From Gemmatimonas sp. (GTDB lineage Bacteria; Gemmatimonadota; Gemmatimonadetes; Gemmatimonadales; Gemmatimonadaceae): 64,000 nucleotides of DNA. The notes beneath the pieces were generated by a model, which saw nothing but the letters and a program-made list of their open reading frames with translations, had not been told where the DNA came from and made no database searches. Each line of letters begins with the position of its first letter. Positions within the stretch are counted from its first letter, which is position 1. The stretch lies in the NCBI GenBank assembly GCA_965279375.1, contig OZ257156.1, positions 462,383 to 526,382 on the forward strand, written 5' to 3'. Positions 34,877 through 43,767 of the stretch are shown piece by piece. The translations under genes were made by a program, and so were the position numbers.

Positions 34877-37800
34877 ATGATCGACGGCCGCGATCCGGCC
34901 GTCTCCCGGGAGCCCTTCGTGAGAGTGTTTCGTCGTCTCCTCCTCGGCCTGGCGGCGGTTGCCGCCGGCTCGCTCGAGGCCCAGCAGTCCTCCCGCACCG
35001 AGCCGATTGCCGGCCTGCGCGACAACTCGACGGGCTTCCATGCCCTGGTCGGCGCACGTGTCGTCACGGCCCCCGGGGTGGTCCTCACCAACGCCACGAT
35101 CGTCGTCCGCAATGGACTGATCGCGGCCGTTGGCGCGGGACTCACCCCGCCCGCCGGTGCGCGCGTGTGGGACCTCAAGGGCCTCACCGTCTACCCCGGT
35201 TTCATCGACGCTTCTGCCGACCTCGGCGGAGACGCGCCGCCGCAGGGTGGCGATGTCGGACCCACGCACTGGAATCCGCAGGTGCGCGCCTGGTTCAGCA
35301 CCACGTCCAACCTCAAGGACGACTCCACGCGTCGCGCCGGGTTGCGCTCGCTGGGCTTCGGCACCGCCCTCGCCGTGCCGCGTCAGGGCATCTTCCGCGG
35401 CACCGCCTCCGTGCTGTCGCTCAGCGACGGCGGCGTGCGTGAGCGCGTGCTCCGCCCCGACCTCGCGCAGGCGATCGGCTTCCAGCGCTCCTTCGCGCTT
35501 GGCGGCATGTACCCCAACTCCACCATGGGTACCGCCGCGCTGATGAAGCAGACGTTCATGGACGCGGAGTGGTACATCCGCGCCTGGAGCGCCTACGAAA
35601 CCAGCGGCCGCTCCATCCTGCCGCCCGAGACCAGCGAAGCGCTGGCCGCGCTCGGCAAGTCGGTGAAGGGGACGCAGCCCGTCTTCTTCGAAACCACGAG
35701 TGAAGAGGAGTACCTGCGTGCGTACAAGCTCGCGCAGGACTACAAGCTCACGCCGTGGTTCCGCGGCAGCGGCCAGGAGTACCGCCTGATCGACGTGCTC
35801 AAGAGTCGCACGCAGCCGCTCGTGGTACCGCTCACCTTCCCCGACGCGCCCAACGTGTCGAGCCCGGAGGCGTCGGCCAACGTGACGCTCGCCGATCTCC
35901 GCCACTGGTACCTCGCGCCCACCAATCCGGCGCAGCTGGCTGCGGCTGGCGTTCCCTTCGCCATCACGGCGGACGGACTGTCGTCGCTGCAGCAGTTCCT
36001 CCCCAATCTCCGCACAGCGGTCGCGCGTGGCCTCTCGCCCGACAAGGCGCTCGCCGCGCTCACGACCGTTCCGGCCGCGTGGCTGGGCATCGACAAGACG
36101 CACGGCACGATCGCGGTGGGCAAGGCCGCGAATCTCGTCATCACCGAAGGCGATCTGTTTCTGGAAGAATCAGCGGTGCGCGACGTGTGGGTGCAGGGCA
36201 AGCAGTATGGCGTGACCCGTCCGCCGCAGATCGATCCGCGTGGCACGTGGACGATCGCGTCCGACGATCAGGGCACGTTCAAGAGCGCCACGCTCCGTCT
36301 CGACGGTCCGCTCAACCGCATCCGCGGCACCATCGAAATGGCCGGCAAGCGCCCGGTGAACCTGACCGGCGTGCGCGTCATCGCCGAAACGGGTCGTCTC
36401 GAAGCGTCGTTCGCCGGTGAGCCGCTCGGACAGGAAGGCGGCATGCTGCTCTCGGGCTCCGTCAGCGATTCCGCGTTCTTCGGCTGGCTCTCGCTCCCGA
36501 ACGGCACGGATGCCAAGTACCGCGGCACGCGCACCGAGGCCTATACCGGTCCCGCGCGCGGCGCCGTGGCCTCCAAGGTTCCCAAGATCGACCTGCCGTT
36601 CATCCGACCGGCCATGGAGTTCGGCCGGTCTGCGCCGCCGGCGATGCCTGCGGCCGTGATCGTGCGCAACGCGACCGTGTGGACGTCTGGCCCCCAGGGC
36701 CGCCTCGAGAACGCCGACCTGCTGGTGCAGGCGGGCAAGGTGGTGAAGGTCGGACAGAAGCTCACCGCCCCCGCTGGCGCGGTGGAGATCGATGGCACGG
36801 GCAAGCACGTCACGCCGGGGCTTATCGATCCGCACTCGCACGCGGGCGTGAGTTCGGTGAATGAGTCGGGCTTCGCGATCGTCCCCGAAGTGCAGATGGG
36901 CGACGTGATCACGCACAACAACATCTGGTTCTATCGCCAGCTCGCGGGTGGTCTCACCGCCTCGATGATCAAGCACGGCTCGGCCAATCCGATCGGCGGC
37001 GAGAACGTGTTCGTGAAGAATCGTTGGGGCGGCCTGCCGGATGACTACAAGATCGCGGGCGCGCCGCGCACGGTGAAGTTCGCACTGGGTGAGAATCCCA
37101 AGCGCAGCCCGAATCGCTATCCGAACACGCGCGAGGGCGTGAACGAAATCATTCGCGACCATTTCAACGCCGCGCGTGACTACGAGAAGGAGTGGAAGGC
37201 GTGGGAGAAGACGAAGATGGGTATTCCGCCGCGCAAGGATCTGCGCATGGAAGCCATCCTCGACATGCTCAACCAGAAGCTGCTCGTGTCGTCGCACGGC
37301 TACCGTGCGGACGAGTTCCTCGCGCTCGTGCGTCTCGCCGAGGAATTCGGCTTCCGCATTCAGACGCTGCAGCACGGCGTGGAAGCGTACAAGATCGCCA
37401 GTGAGCTCAAGAAGTCGGGCGTGGCGGCGGTGGTGTGGAGCGACTGGGGCGCGTTCAAGCTCGAGGCGTACGACGCCACGTCGTACAACGCGCGCTTGCT
37501 GATGGAAGCGGGCGTCGTAACGGCGCTGCATTCCGACGACGCTGAAATCTCGACGCGCATGAACTGGGAGGCGGGCAAGCTGCTGCGTTCCGGGGTTAAC
37601 GAGATCGACGCGCTCTCGACGGTGACGATCAACGCGGCCAAGGCCGTCGCGATCGACAGCAAGATCGGCTCGCTCGAAGCCGGCAAGGACGCCGACTTCG
37701 TGATCTGGAGCGGTAACCCGCTCTCGCAGTTCACCAAGGCGGAGCAGACGTGGGTTGACGGCCGGAAGTACTTCTCGCTGGCCGAAGACAAGGTGCTTCG

Positions 37801-37918
37801 CGAGGACATCGCCAAGCAGCGTGCGCAGCTCATTCAGGCCGTGATCGCGGCCGGACCGAGCGACGCACCGGCTGGTCCTGCGCGTGGTGGCCGTGGCGGC
37901 CCGGGAGCCGGCAAGTGA
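34877..37918 (+). CDS. Large two-domain amidohydrolase-family protein, secreted (N-domain metal site degenerate, C-domain canonical)
   Basis: ATG at 34877. Signal peptide ...GSLEAQQ. The N-terminal half has YPGFIDASADLGG where HxH is expected. The C-terminal half has TPGLIDPHSHAGVS (HxH) and GKDADFVIWSGNP. The C-terminus ends in ARGGRGGPGAGK. Confidence 0.8.
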   Translation: MIDGRDPAVSREPFVRVFRRLLLGLAAVAAGSLEAQQSSRTEPIAGLRDNSTGFHALVGARVVTAPGVVLTNATIVVRNGLIAAVGAGLTPPAGARVWDLKGLTVYPGFIDASADLGGDAPPQGGDVGPTHWNPQVRAWFSTTSNLKDDSTRRAGLRSLGFGTALAVPRQGIFRGTASVLSLSDGGVRERVLRPDLAQAIGFQRSFALGGMYPNSTMGTAALMKQTFMDAEWYIRAWSAYETSGRSILPPETSEALAALGKSVKGTQPVFFETTSEEEYLRAYKLAQDYKLTPWFRGSGQEYRLIDVLKSRTQPLVVPLTFPDAPNVSSPEASANVTLADLRHWYLAPTNPAQLAAAGVPFAITADGLSSLQQFLPNLRTAVARGLSPDKALAALTTVPAAWLGIDKTHGTIAVGKAANLVITEGDLFLEESAVRDVWVQGKQYGVTRPPQIDPRGTWTIASDDQGTFKSATLRLDGPLNRIRGTIEMAGKRPVNLTGVRVIAETGRLEASFAGEPLGQEGGMLLSGSVSDSAFFGWLSLPNGTDAKYRGTRTEAYTGPARGAVASKVPKIDLPFIRPAMEFGRSAPPAMPAAVIVRNATVWTSGPQGRLENADLLVQAGKVVKVGQKLTAPAGAVEIDGTGKHVTPGLIDPHSHAGVSSVNESGFAIVPEVQMGDVITHNNIWFYRQLAGGLTASMIKHGSANPIGGENVFVKNRWGGLPDDYKIAGAPRTVKFALGENPKRSPNRYPNTREGVNEIIRDHFNAARDYEKEWKAWEKTKMGIPPRKDLRMEAILDMLNQKLLVSSHGYRADEFLALVRLAEEFGFRIQTLQHGVEAYKIASELKKSGVAAVVWSDWGAFKLEAYDATSYNARLLMEAGVVTALHSDDAEISTRMNWEAGKLLRSGVNEIDALSTVTINAAKAVAIDSKIGSLEAGKDADFVIWSGNPLSQFTKAEQTWVDGRKYFSLAEDKVLREDIAKQRAQLIQAVIAAGPSDAPAGPARGGRGGPGAGK

Positions 37919-39333
37919 TCCGCTCATCCATTCTCTCATTCGATTCCATGCGAACCATGACCTCCGCCCGACGCGCGGCGCTGACCGCCGCGGCGATCCT
38001 TGCAGGCGTGATCGCGCCTGCCGCTGCTGAGGCGCAGGTGATGATGCCCGTGGCGCCGCAGGAGCAGCCGGTGGTGCTTCGCGGTGCGACGATTCACACC
38101 GTCACCAAGGGCACGATCGCCAACGGCACCATCGTCCTCGAACGCGGCAAGATCACCGCGATCGGCGGCGCTGATGTCGCCGTGCCGCGTGGCGCCAAGG
38201 TGGTGGATGTGAGCGGCAAGCACATCTACCCGGGCCTCATCGACGCGTACAGCACGGTGGGCCTCACCGAAATCGGCGCTGTCGATGTCTCCAACGACAT
38301 CAGGGAAGCCGGTGACTTCAACCCGAACATCCGCGCCGAGATCGCGGTGAACGCGGAAAGCCGTCACATCGGCACGACGCGTTCGGCTGGTGTACTCGTC
38401 GCGTTCAGCACGCCGGAAGGCGGCGTGATCTCCGGCCTCTCCTCGGCGATGTCGCTCGAAGGGTGGACGTGGGAAGAGATGTCGATGAAGGGCGCGGCCG
38501 CGCTGAACGTGAAGTGGCCCGACCCGAACGCGCGTCCGGGTGGTCGCTTTGGCGGCGGCGGTGGCCCGCCGGGCGGCCCTGGTGGTCGCGGCGGCGCAGG
38601 TGCCCCGGCGCCCAAGACGTACGCCGAACAGGTGCAGCAGATCAAGGATTGGTTCAGCGAAGCGCGTGCGTATCGCGATGCCGTGAAGTCAGGGCAAGGC
38701 CAGCGCACGGACATTCGCTACGCCGCGATGATTCCTGCACTCGACGGCAAGATCCCCGTAGTCGTCGCTGCAGACGGCGCGGCGCAGATCAACGACGCGA
38801 TCACGTGGGGCAAGGCGGAAGGCATCAAGCTGGTCATCCGTGGCGGACGCGATGCGCTGTTCGTGGCGGACCGGCTCAAGGCGGAAAACGTGCCGGTGAT
38901 TCTCACCGAAACCATGGCCGCGCCCGAACGGCAGTACGAAGGCTACGACAACGCCTACGCCAGCCCGGCGAAGCTGTACGCGGCGGGCGTGAAATTCGCG
39001 ATCGCCGGTGGATCCGGCGGCTTGTACAGCTATCGCCTGCCGTGGGAAGCGGGTGTCGCTGTAGCGTTCGGTTTGCCCGAAGACGAAGCGCTCAAGTCGG
39101 TGACGATCAACGCCGCCGAGTTCATGGGCATCGCCGACAAGGTGGGTTCGCTGGAAGTCGGCAAGGAAGGCACCCTGCTCATCACGACGGGCACGCCGCT
39201 GGACATGACGAGCAACATCATCCAGTCGTACATCCAGGGGCGCGAGATCAACATGATGGACATCCACAAGTTCTTCTTCGAGAAGTACATGGAGAAGATC
39301 AAGCAGCAGGCGCCGAAGAAGATCACGCCGTAG
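37915..39333 (+). CDS. Amidohydrolase-family paralog with a degenerate metal site, secreted
   Basis: The GTG at 37915 overlaps the upstream stop (GTGA); alternative ATGs lie at 37948 and 37957. Signal peptide ...PAAAEAQ. YPGLIDAYSTVGL replaces the HxH motif. C-terminal GKEGTLLITTGTP. Gly-rich insert GGRFGGGGGPPGGPGGRGGAG at nt 38530-38612. Confidence 0.8.
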   Translation: MIRSSILSFDSMRTMTSARRAALTAAAILAGVIAPAAAEAQVMMPVAPQEQPVVLRGATIHTVTKGTIANGTIVLERGKITAIGGADVAVPRGAKVVDVSGKHIYPGLIDAYSTVGLTEIGAVDVSNDIREAGDFNPNIRAEIAVNAESRHIGTTRSAGVLVAFSTPEGGVISGLSSAMSLEGWTWEEMSMKGAAALNVKWPDPNARPGGRFGGGGGPPGGPGGRGGAGAPAPKTYAEQVQQIKDWFSEARAYRDAVKSGQGQRTDIRYAAMIPALDGKIPVVVAADGAAQINDAITWGKAEGIKLVIRGGRDALFVADRLKAENVPVILTETMAAPERQYEGYDNAYASPAKLYAAGVKFAIAGGSGGLYSYRLPWEAGVAVAFGLPEDEALKSVTINAAEFMGIADKVGSLEVGKEGTLLITTGTPLDMTSNIIQSYIQGREINMMDIHKFFFEKYMEKIKQQAPKKITP

Positions 39334-39361
39334 CGGTACCGGCGTCGAGGCGAGTCAACGA

Positions 39362-39397
39362 GGGCCGCGTTCCAGTTCGGGAGCGCGGCCCTTTATT
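39362..39397 (+). terminator. Rho-independent terminator after the amidohydrolase pair
   Basis: gggccgcg (39362-39369) pairs with cgcggccc (39384-39391) across a 14-nt loop, followed by tttatt. It lies 28 nt after the stop at 39333 and abuts the stop of the convergent minus-strand gene. Confidence 0.6.
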
Positions 39398-39761
39398 CGC
39401 GTTTAACCAGCGCCGCGAGCTTCTTCGGCGCGATCATCAGGTATCCATCGGTCAGCAGCTCGCGCAGCCCCGCCCAATCGGTGTGGGCATCGAGATACAC
39501 CCCCACCCAACCGCTCGGGCCCACATAAGGCGGCACGAAGAATCGATCGGGGTTGTCGGCGACCATCAACTGCTGCAGGCCGGCGGGTGCCTTGCACCAT
39601 AGCGACGTGCGCCCAGCACCATGATGGTTGCTGGGCGACGCGAACATCGCGAACAGCTTGTTCTTCACGCGAAATGTCGGTTCACCCCACGCCTCCACCT
39701 CGTGCGCCTGAGGCAGTGCGAGGCACAACTTCCGAACGCGAGCGAGAGGAGACGGCGGCAT
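39393..39761 (-). CDS. MmcQ/YjbR-family protein
   Basis: MPPSPLARVRKLCLALPQAHEVEAWGEPTFRVKNKLFAMF...PPYVGPSGWVGVYLD...LRELLTDGYLMIAPKKL. The layout is characteristic of the YjbR/CyaY-like fold family. Confidence 0.8.
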   Translation of the reverse strand: MPPSPLARVRKLCLALPQAHEVEAWGEPTFRVKNKLFAMFASPSNHHGAGRTSLWCKAPAGLQQLMVADNPDRFFVPPYVGPSGWVGVYLDAHTDWAGLRELLTDGYLMIAPKKLAALVKRE

Positions 39762-39862
39762 GCGTTACGCTACGCCGCGCGAGCGACGCTCGGAAGAAGC
39801 CCGTCTCTGGCGCGCGCCGCCCAACGCAGTACATTCGCCCGCTCCTCTCTCCGCGAGGCTGT

Positions 39863-40273
39863 GTGCACACTTGGCGATTGTGTGTGACCCTGCTGCTGGC
39901 CGTCGCGCTCGGATGCGCGTCGCGAAAGGTGAGCAGCAACGATCGACCCTCCTCGGGTGCGAACCGAGGCTCTGACGTGATCACCGCCGCAGAGCTGTCC
40001 GATCCATCGGTGGCTTCGGGTGACGCGCTCGAGGCCGTCCGTCGGCTGCGTCCGCGGTTCCTTGCGTTCCGCGGCACGCAGAGCATCCGCATGGCCGAGG
40101 CCGGGCAAGTACATCTGTCGATCGATGGCGGTCCGCTGCAGGCGATCAGCAACCTCAGTCGGATGCGCCCGACGGAGCTCAAGGAAATCCGCTATCTGAA
40201 TTCAAGCGCGGCGGCCCAGCAGTTCGGGACGACGGCCGGCAGCGGCGGCGTGATTCTCGTGCGGAGCCGGTAG
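39863..40273 (+). CDS. Small lipoprotein resembling a stand-alone TonB-receptor plug segment
   Basis: There is no in-frame ATG. The GTG at 39863 gives (M)HTWRLCVTLLLAVALGC (lipobox). The mature part DVITAAELSDPSVASGDALEAVRRLRPRFL...VHLSIDGGPLQAISNLSRMRPTELKEIRYLNSSAAAQQFGTTAGSGGVILVRSR follows the pattern of TBDT plug N-termini (I..EEI....sl.eALr..P...v.iDG.p.......l....i..Ie.l....aa..YG..a..GVI.i.T). Both the start and the family call are tentative. Confidence 0.5.
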   Translation: MHTWRLCVTLLLAVALGCASRKVSSNDRPSSGANRGSDVITAAELSDPSVASGDALEAVRRLRPRFLAFRGTQSIRMAEAGQVHLSIDGGPLQAISNLSRMRPTELKEIRYLNSSAAAQQFGTTAGSGGVILVRSR

Positions 40274-40623
40274 CAGCACACGCTGCTCTTGATGACCGTT
40301 CCGTCCCGCCGTACAATGGACGCGCGCGGGACAAGATCGTATTGTCCCCCGCGAAATGCCTTTCGGAGGCTGTGAAAGCGGATCACCCCTGACAGCTTGC
40401 GCTTGCGGCTGCCGGTCCGGCGGTCCTGAAGTGCCCAGAAATCCACGTGAACCCGGTTCGTCCCGCCCTCCGGTCATTGTGTCGCGAGTTCATCCGCGCG
40501 ACGCGGTTTCCCACTGGGTCGTTGCCTGTTTCGAGGCAGAAGTCAGCCTCGGTTACACCGCGTGATGCTGATGGCGTCCCGCGCGGCGGTGAGCACGGAT
40601 CAACCTTTCTGGGGGGCGCACAC

Positions 40624-43600
40624 ATGGACGGCATCTGGAGATGGAGGCGCGGCGCGAGCCGTAGCCCCATCGTCGCGGCGTTCGCGACGATGTTATCGGC
40701 GGCAACGCTCGCCGCGCAGCCGGCAACCCTCACGGGACGCGTCACGACGTCGGCGGCGGCGCCTCTGGGCGATACCCGGGTCGTCATCGTCGGCACGACG
40801 CTCGGGGCGATGACCAACGCGGACGGACGCTACACCATTCGCGGCGTGCCCGCCGGCACCGTGGACGTGCGCGTGACTCGACTCGGCTATCAGGAGGTCA
40901 AGCAGCCCGCCACGCTGACGGCGGGTGGCACGACTACCCTGAACTTCACGATGACCGCGAGCGCCGTGCAGCTCAACGAAATGGTCGTCACCGCCACCGG
41001 CGTGCAGCGACGGGCCGAGATCGGTAATTCGGTGTCGATCATCTCGGTCGCCGACCGCGTCAAGGAAACGCCGATCCACAGCATGGGCGACCTGCTGACC
41101 GCCAAGGCGCCCGGCCTCTCGGTCCTGCAGGGCGGCATGAGCGGCACCGGCGCGCAGATTCGCATTCGCGGGCTCAATTCCGTGAGTCGATCCAATGCAC
41201 CGATCTTCATCGTCGATGGCGTGCGCATGGACGGCGGCGCCGGCGGGTTCGGCGTCGGTGGCTCGAACTCGAGCCGGTTGAACGACCTCACGCCGGAGGA
41301 GATCGAAGACATCGCGGTCATCAAGGGGCCGTCGGCATCGACGCTCTACGGCACCGATGCCGCGAACGGCGTGATCATCATCAAGACCAAGGGCGGACGG
41401 CGCGGCACCACGCGCTTTGCCTACACCGCTGAAAAGGGTCGCATCACGGACCCCAACGCGTACTGGGACACCTACGCCATCTGGGGGCACACGCCGGCCA
41501 ATCCCACCGTGCAGACGCGGTGCATCCTGACCACGATCGCGTCGGGTGCGTGCATCAAGGACAGCGTCACGACGGCGAACATCATGCGCAACAGCGAGCT
41601 GACGCCCATCGGCACGGGAGACCGCAGCCTCTACGGCATGCAGATCTCGGGCGGCAACGACGCCGTTCGCTTTTTCGTGAGCGGCAACTACGAAAACGAA
41701 CTCGGCCCCGTGCGCATGCCCGACATCGACGCGGCCTATCTCGCCACAAACAAGGTGGCAGTGCGCGATGAGTGGCTGAATCCCGAGGCGCTGCGCCGCA
41801 CCTCCGTGCGCGCCAACCTGAATGCGTCGCTCAACCCGAAGATGGATCTCACCGTCAGTTCGTCGTTCATCAAGTCGAATCAGCGGCTGCCGCAGGTCGA
41901 CAACAACGTCAACAGCTTCTACTACAACGCCTACACCAATCCCGGCTTCACGAGACGGAACGTCTGCACGGCTCCCTGCGCGGGACTCGCGTACTCTGGC
42001 ATCGGCAATCTCGGCCAGCCGCTCAACGGGTGGGCGCAGTACACGCCCGGCGACATCATGCAGTTCACCACGCTGGAAGACATCCAGCGCTTGCTCGGAA
42101 GCGTGACGACCAGCTGGCGTCCATTCAGCTGGATGGAGAACAACGCCACCACCGGCGTCGACGTGGCCGTGTTCGACAACTTCCGGCTCTGCCGCCTGAA
42201 CGAGTGCCCTAACTTCGGAACGCAGCGGCAAGGCTCGATCTCGGACACGCACGGATCGCAGCGCATCTTCACCGGCAACGTGCGGAGCTCGGCCACGTGG
42301 AAGCCGCTCGACTGGCTCAGCGTGAAGGGCACGGTGGGGGCGGACTACATCAACAACCAGTCGGAGAACAGCGTCGCCAGCAGCACGCAGCTCTCTCCCG
42401 GTGGACAGACGGTCGGCTCCGGTGCGGTGAAGAACGCGTCGAATCAGTCGCCCACCGCCACCAAGACGCTGGGCTACTTCGCGCAGGCCCAGTTCAGCAT
42501 CGACGATCGGCTCTTCATCACCGGCGCGGTGCGTAGCGACCAGAACACGGCATTCGGCACGCAGTACAAGGGCGTCAGCTACCCGTCCGCCCAGGTCGCG
42601 TGGGCGATCTCGGAAGAGAGCTTCTTCCCGAAGTTCGACGTGCTCAAGGAGTTCCGTCTGCGTTCGGCGTACGGCTCCTCCGGCGTGCAACCGGGCGCCA
42701 CCTCCGCCCTGCGCCAGTTTGCGGCATCGACCGTCAGCCTGGTGACCGACCAGACCGCACTCCTCGCGTCGGCCATCGGCAACCCGAAGCTCAAGCCGGA
42801 AACCACGACCGAGTTCGAAGCCGGCTTCGATTCGCGCTGGCTCGGCGATCGCGTGAACTTCGAGTACACGTACTATCGCAAGCAGTCCAAGGACGCGCTG
42901 ATCAACCAGAACATCGCCACGTCGTCGGGTGCCCCGGTGGGCAGCGTGCTGCGCAACCTCGGCGCCGTGCGCAACTCGGGTGTGGAAGTCTCGCTCAAGG
43001 CACAGCTGCTCGACCTGCAGCAGCTCGGCGAGCTCGGATGGGACGTCACCATCGGCGGGTCGCGCAACAAGAACAAGCTCGTCACGCTCGGACTTGATGA
43101 CAACGGCAAGCCGATTCCCACGATTGGCACGGTGACGCGCCAGCAGCAGGGATACCCGCTCAACAGCTTCTTCCTGCAGAAGTACACGTACGCCGATGCG
43201 GACAAGAATGGTCTCATCTCGGTGAACGAAGTCACCCTTGGCGACACCGGCGTGTACGTGGGCTCCGCGCTGCCGTCCAATCTGTTCACGGTGCAGAGCG
43301 GCTTCGACTTCCTGAAGAAGAAGCTGCGCATCATTGCGTCGCTCGACTATCGCGGTGGCTTCACGCTCTTCAACAGCGGCGCCAATTTCCTCTGCGGCAA
43401 TACGGACGCGTGCTATGCCAAGTCCAATCCGTCGGCCTCTCTCTTCGAGCAGGCACGGCAGGTGGCTGCGAACTTCACGAACCCCAAGACGCAGTACGGC
43501 TACTACGAGAAGGGAGACGCGTGGCGATTGCGCGAAGTGTCTGCCGTGGTACGCCTGCCGCGCGGGTGGGCGTCGCGCCTGCGTGCTTCGGATGCAGACT

Positions 43601-43749
43601 TCCAGTTCGGTGCGCGCAACCTGAAGGTGTGGACCAAGTACACCGGGCAGGATCCGGAAGCGAACTACAGTCAGGGCGATGTACAGACCGATTTCCTGAC
43701 GACGGCCCCGCGCAAGTTCTACACGGCGCGCCTCAATCTCCGCTTCTGA
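40624..43749 (+). CDS. SusC/RagA-family TonB-linked outer-membrane protein
   Basis: ATG at 40624. Signal ...ATLAAQ, then a carboxypeptidase-regulatory-like domain (LTGRVTTSAAAPLGDTRVVIVGT..GAMTNADGRYTIRGVPAGTVDVRVTRLGY). Plug motifs (SMGDLLTAKAPGLSV, IRIRGLNS, PIFIVDGV, EDIAVIKGPSASTLYGTDAANGVIIIKTK). A long beta-barrel ending YTARLNLRF. Confidence 0.9.
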   Translation: MDGIWRWRRGASRSPIVAAFATMLSAATLAAQPATLTGRVTTSAAAPLGDTRVVIVGTTLGAMTNADGRYTIRGVPAGTVDVRVTRLGYQEVKQPATLTAGGTTTLNFTMTASAVQLNEMVVTATGVQRRAEIGNSVSIISVADRVKETPIHSMGDLLTAKAPGLSVLQGGMSGTGAQIRIRGLNSVSRSNAPIFIVDGVRMDGGAGGFGVGGSNSSRLNDLTPEEIEDIAVIKGPSASTLYGTDAANGVIIIKTKGGRRGTTRFAYTAEKGRITDPNAYWDTYAIWGHTPANPTVQTRCILTTIASGACIKDSVTTANIMRNSELTPIGTGDRSLYGMQISGGNDAVRFFVSGNYENELGPVRMPDIDAAYLATNKVAVRDEWLNPEALRRTSVRANLNASLNPKMDLTVSSSFIKSNQRLPQVDNNVNSFYYNAYTNPGFTRRNVCTAPCAGLAYSGIGNLGQPLNGWAQYTPGDIMQFTTLEDIQRLLGSVTTSWRPFSWMENNATTGVDVAVFDNFRLCRLNECPNFGTQRQGSISDTHGSQRIFTGNVRSSATWKPLDWLSVKGTVGADYINNQSENSVASSTQLSPGGQTVGSGAVKNASNQSPTATKTLGYFAQAQFSIDDRLFITGAVRSDQNTAFGTQYKGVSYPSAQVAWAISEESFFPKFDVLKEFRLRSAYGSSGVQPGATSALRQFAASTVSLVTDQTALLASAIGNPKLKPETTTEFEAGFDSRWLGDRVNFEYTYYRKQSKDALINQNIATSSGAPVGSVLRNLGAVRNSGVEVSLKAQLLDLQQLGELGWDVTIGGSRNKNKLVTLGLDDNGKPIPTIGTVTRQQQGYPLNSFFLQKYTYADADKNGLISVNEVTLGDTGVYVGSALPSNLFTVQSGFDFLKKKLRIIASLDYRGGFTLFNSGANFLCGNTDACYAKSNPSASLFEQARQVAANFTNPKTQYGYYEKGDAWRLREVSAVVRLPRGWASRLRASDADFQFGARNLKVWTKYTGQDPEANYSQGDVQTDFLTTAPRKFYTARLNLRF

Positions 43750-43767
43750 TCCCACGAGGACGATATC

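Noticed and set aside
36170-37939. A 589-aa minus-strand ORF antisense to the large amidohydrolase
   Set aside because: Same reasoning. The plus-strand frame carries the HxH and C-terminal amidohydrolase motifs.
40356-40565. A 69-aa Cys-rich small ORF (MPFGGCESGSPLTACACGC...) in the SusC leader, considered as a possible RiPP-like precursor
   Set aside because: There is no adjacent maturation enzyme and no ribosome-binding context. It overlaps two other similar-sized antisense ORFs in the same GC-rich leader, so it is probably random.
40274-40623. Possible cobalamin riboswitch in the SusC leader
   Set aside because: Only loose resemblance (gtgaacccgg..cgtcccgcc, agtcag). The near-invariant GCCACTG core and a proper B12 box are missing, and the downstream gene is SusC-type rather than BtuB-type. 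I kept it as a generic 'structured leader' finding pending an Infernal search.
40693-43755. A 1020-aa ORF on the minus strand, antisense to the SusC-like gene
   Set aside because: The plus-strand product has unambiguous TonB-receptor motifs. The antisense product is Arg/Ala/Gly/His-rich with no recognisable motif. This is the usual long stop-free antisense frame of GC-rich DNA.
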